The position numbers and the translations under genes are program-made. This document shows positions 60,346 to 64,000 of a stretch of 64,000 nucleotides of DNA, piece after piece (the stretch's first letter is position 1; each line of letters begins with the position of its first letter). The notes beneath the pieces are model-generated. The model saw nothing but the letters and a program-made list of their open reading frames with translations. It was not told the DNA's origin and did not search any database. Origin of the DNA: Candidatus Sulfomarinibacteraceae bacterium (GTDB lineage Bacteria; Acidobacteriota; Thermoanaerobaculia; Thermoanaerobaculales; Sulfomarinibacteraceae); the NCBI GenBank assembly GCA_963796455.1, contig CAWCLO010000004.1, positions 160,001 through 224,000 on the forward strand. Direction: 5' to 3'.

Positions 60346-61371
60346 ATGAATATTCTCTGCGTTCTGCTTTTCGCGGCAGAGGTCGCCTTCGCTGCCGAAA
60401 CGGTTGTCGAGCCTCTGAGTTTTGTTCCGGTCGTGGTTCTCAGTTATGCCGACCCTGACTCCGGGGAAATTTTCGAATGTGGTCCCGGCTGCCGTCGATT
60501 CAAAGTTCCCGAGGGTATCAACCTCGATATTCAGGTGCGAATCGAGAATCCCGACGGCAGCGTGAGCGGTGAAGGGCTGGTCTGGGATCTGTGGTTCAAT
60601 CAACCGCTTCATCCCTTTCCCGGTGTCCATCTCGAAGACTGTCAGATTGGCGACGGCAGTCAAATCGACGCCGAGTGTTGGCGGGCTGCCATGCTCCGGG
60701 TGGACTGGCAGTCGTGGACAGATCTGAGCGCCGATCGCGTGTGCGTCCCGTCATCAACGGACAGCTGTCGAGAAGAGACTGTTCGGCTTTTTATGGATGC
60801 CGATTTCGATGGTGCAAGGCGACCCGGGACCTACCACATCGCATTGTGGCTTGACCGTTTCCGTATCTCTGCCGACCGAGATGAGTTCGACAATTTTATT
60901 GGACCGATCCGAGTGACGGTCGTTCCGCGGGACGGTGGAGACGACTCTCAGCATGTCGCCCCACCACAGGAGGTCGGACAGGGCCCCGTGATCGAGCCGT
61001 CCACGGCGAAACCGTGGACTGGAGTCATTGAGCCGGGGGAAGCCGACAACGGATTCTCGTTGGGGTCAGAGCGTGCGCGCGGTATTCTCGCCTTCGAACC
61101 GGGGCTCCCGGGGCCGGTGGAGATCGAGATCGAACAGGTCGGCGATCCGCAGATGGTCATTGTCGAGGTGCAAAAGGTCTCGACCGGGGAAGTTTTGGCT
61201 GAGGCCCGCGATCGGGGCAGGATCCGGCTCAACGGCACCATCAGACCGGAAATGCTCAAGGATGATCGCCGATTCGAGGTGGTGGTCAGATCAACGACCA
61301 GGCCGCAGGGTCTGCGGGGCATTATTCGGGTGAGATACCCGAAGCGTGTTCGGTTCCACCCGGTGGATTGA
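60346..61371 (+). CDS. Secreted hypothetical protein (Cys-containing, beta-rich)
   Basis: Signal peptide 'MNILCVLLFAAEVAFA', long ORF; no family recognised. Confidence 0.65.
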   Translation: MNILCVLLFAAEVAFAAETVVEPLSFVPVVVLSYADPDSGEIFECGPGCRRFKVPEGINLDIQVRIENPDGSVSGEGLVWDLWFNQPLHPFPGVHLEDCQIGDGSQIDAECWRAAMLRVDWQSWTDLSADRVCVPSSTDSCREETVRLFMDADFDGARRPGTYHIALWLDRFRISADRDEFDNFIGPIRVTVVPRDGGDDSQHVAPPQEVGQGPVIEPSTAKPWTGVIEPGEADNGFSLGSERARGILAFEPGLPGPVEIEIEQVGDPQMVIVEVQKVSTGEVLAEARDRGRIRLNGTIRPEMLKDDRRFEVVVRSTTRPQGLRGIIRVRYPKRVRFHPVD

Positions 61372-61570
61372 CCGACGCCGCAACCACCAAGACACCAAGA
61401 CTCGAAGGAGTCACACCAAGAAAACCACAGAGGCCACAGAGACACAGAGAGATCACAGAGGAGAAGTGCAGCCGAGACGGCTGCACCACCATGGTGGTGC
61501 ACGCGTCTCGCGTGCACATTGATGAACCGCGAAGAACGCAAAGAACGCAAAGGCGCAAAGACGCCAAGGC
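61372..61570. repeat. Composite intergenic repeat (CAC/AG-rich short repeats + REP doublet + CGCAAAG repeats)
   Basis: REP doublet at 61466-61517; the preceding segment recurs at 63837-63930. Confidence 0.75.
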
Positions 61571-62082
61571 ACGGTTGCCGGGATTGTGCGGTGGTGCCAT
61601 CGGTGTCGGCAGATCGACAGACGATCTCCGATCGCCCGTCGCCGGTGAGAAGCGGGGTGCCTCCAATCGCCAGCGCTCGGAGTCACCCCGCTCCCCACCG
61701 CCCGGCACGCCTACGGCATGCCGGATCTGCCTTACATCGGAGACCCCCTCTCTTGATTGAAGGGGAGGGGAGGAAGGAGGCGAGACCTGCGCGGTCGCGC
61801 AGGCCGCTGGGCGGAGGGTTCTTCCAGGATGTCCTCTGCGTCTCTGCGTCTTTGCGTTAAGAACCCGGGAGGTGGACGCCGCTAGGTTGCAGCGGGATCT
61901 GTTGGCCCTGCAATGAGGCTGTCATCTGGGCGAATCCGTTTGATCTGTGGGCAATTTGCGGTGTTTTGCGATGGCCCGGAGCCTCTGTGGTTTTTCCGCT
62001 GAAGCCCAATCAGCCGGTCTCGGCTCCGCGGGTGTAGAATCCGGTGTCAGCGGTGGAAATCACCGACTGAAGGGGGCTGGCG

Positions 62083-63673
62083 ATGCTGCGTCGGGCTTTT
62101 CCGGTTGGCACAGTCGCGTTTTTTATGGCGTTGATGTCTTCGGTTGCGGCTCCGGCTGAACAGCCGCCTCAACGTCCCGAGGGCCCCATCGGAATGAGCT
62201 CGGCCCCCGATATCTCCAGACTTCTCGGTCCCGGAACCCCGTCACCAGATCGTCGGCGCAAGCTGCCGATGCATCGAGGCGTATCGACAAAATCCCTCGA
62301 GGACTCGGTGGATCTCTGCGTCGAGGGTTATCATGGCGCTGATCGATGCTCCCGGAGCCGCGGTGGCCGTGGTCCAGAATGGTGAGCTGGTTTATGAAGC
62401 GGGATATGGCGTCAAGCTTCGTGGCGGCAACGATCTAATCGATCGCCACACCATCTTTCGTATCGGGCCGATCACCAAGCAGATGACGGCAGCCGCCGTC
62501 ATGCAGCAGGTCGAATTGGGGCGGGTGGCCCTTTCGGATCCCGTCACCGAGCTCATCCCGGAATTCGAGATCGCAGGGCGTTGGCCCGCCGACCAGATCA
62601 CCGTTTGGAACGCGCTGACCCACACCAGCGGATTTCCCGATTGGGTCGATTCCGATCCGGTCCGATCGAACGCCGCTCTCTCGTTGTGGGCTGGGCGACA
62701 GCTCGAGGTCCCGCTCCACGCACCCCCCGGTTCCTTTTGGAACTATGCGAGCCCGAACTACATGATTGCGGGCTTGATCGCCGAGCGCGCCGCGGGAACT
62801 CCATACCGTCAGCTTTTCAAAGAAAACTTGTGGCAGCCCGCCGGTATGGATTCCACGACCTTCAGCCCGGACGAGGTCATCGGTTCCGGGAACTATGCCT
62901 ATGGCCACTGCTATACCTGCGCCATCGGCGGCGAGCGAATCGTGGTGCCTGAAGAACACGATCTGTGGGCAGTCGGACCCGCCGGAATGGCGTTTTCGAC
63001 GGCGGGCGATCTGGCCAATTGGGCCTTGTTGTTGATGAATGGGGGAGGGTCTGTCCTGTCCCCTTCATCCGCGTCGATCATGCAGGAAAGACACCAGTGG
63101 ATGCACCTCACACCGGATCAATACTACGGACTCGGCATCATGACCGAGAACTATCGTGGGCTCGATGTTCGTGCGCACGGAGGGGTGATCACAGGCTTTG
63201 GCGCTCATCTGTTGTGGGTCTCGGAGTATGGTTTTGCCGTTGCCGTCCTTGTCAACGTCACCTCGACCCTCGACGATCTCGCGCACTGCATCATCGACGA
63301 AGTGCTCGGCCCTGACCCGGTCGAGCCACCCGATCTTCACACCGATCCTTCGACCTGGGCCCGTTACGAAGGAGACTATCTGTTCCGCGGGATCGACAGC
63401 ACCCAGGGGGCGCAGGTCTTCCTCGATGGTGAGGAACTTTTCATCACCCTCGAAGATCCGGTTCAAGCCGGCGTCAGCTACACCACCGAGTTGGTGCAAC
63501 AGTTCTCGGATACCTTCTGGTTCGACTCCAACGAGGATGGATCACCCGAGACCGAGATCACCTTTTGCAGCAGCGATGGTGAACCGGGTTTTGTCAGGTG
63601 GCTGCGCAACCGGCGTGCGGTGGCTGAACGGCAGTTCTCACCGCGCTCCGCGGGCCGGCGGGTCACGCCCTGA
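62083..63673 (+). pseudogene. Beta-lactamase-family serine hydrolase, frameshifted near 62330 with SxxK changed to PxxK
   Basis: Signal-peptide ORF 62083 joins 'APGAAVAVV...IFRIGPITKQM...THTSG...HGG' in another frame. Confidence 0.65.
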
Positions 63674-63746
63674 TCGATATCCCGGAGCTGAGAAACTGGA
63701 AGAACGCCCGCAGATCACGCAGAGAGACCCAGATTGATCATCTTTT

Positions 63747-63785
63747 TCGCTATCGCTATCGCTATCGCTATCGCTATCGCTATCG
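63747..63785. repeat. Hexanucleotide microsatellite (TCGCTA)6
   Basis: Six perfect copies plus TCG. Confidence 0.9.
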
Positions 63786-63836
63786 TCTGGAGACTGACCG
63801 GATTTGCCCACAGATCTCCCAGATGACCCGGATGGC

Positions 63837-64000
63837 CGGCGTCGCAACCACAAAGACACAAAGACACAAAGCAGTCACACCAAGAAAACCACAGAGGCAC
63901 GGAGACACAGAGAGGGAACACAGAGGGCCTGGCGCAAAGGCCACAGAGCACACAGAAAAACACAGAAGCCATCGCACAGGCACGACCGGAGTGCAGCCGG
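63837..64000. repeat. Second copy of the composite intergenic repeat, ending in a truncated REP
   Basis: 'CGCAACCAC.AAGACAC.AAG...GTCACACCAAGAAAACCACAGAGG' shared with 61379-61433; GTGCAGCCGG at 63991. Confidence 0.75.

Overview
GC-rich bacterial window, about 60% GC by eye. The C-terminal protein motifs suggest Acidobacteriota (Thermoanaerobaculia-like), which is an inference only. Positions 1-31100 hold a large surface-polysaccharide locus: Wzx, Wzy-like, GT4/GT2/WecB-TagA and GT-C-type glycosyltransferases, three polysaccharide deacetylases, SGNH proteins, acyltransferases, an ACP/FabG/acyl-ligase trio, a sulfatase-fold membrane protein, and an amino-sugar operon with many frameshifts at ~19900-25100. 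Positions 31100-64000 hold carAB, gmd, four tandem secreted beta-helix paralogs, a BlaI/M56 pair with a double operator, a REP-associated tyrosine transposase between identical REP doublets, trpB2, a LiaF-LytS-LytTR module, a MATE pump, a UGA-readthrough selenoprotein redoxin with an fdhF-like SECIS, and a degenerate serine hydrolase. The most unusual structure is a nested-palindrome element (57766-58539). It has 13-bp terminal inverted repeats and carries only a four-helix-bundle (IVP/Avd-like) gene, whose RBS and start codon are predicted to lie in a 22-bp stem. A gene-less derivative (~37348-37708) and two arm remnants (~39183, ~42302) occur in the same window.
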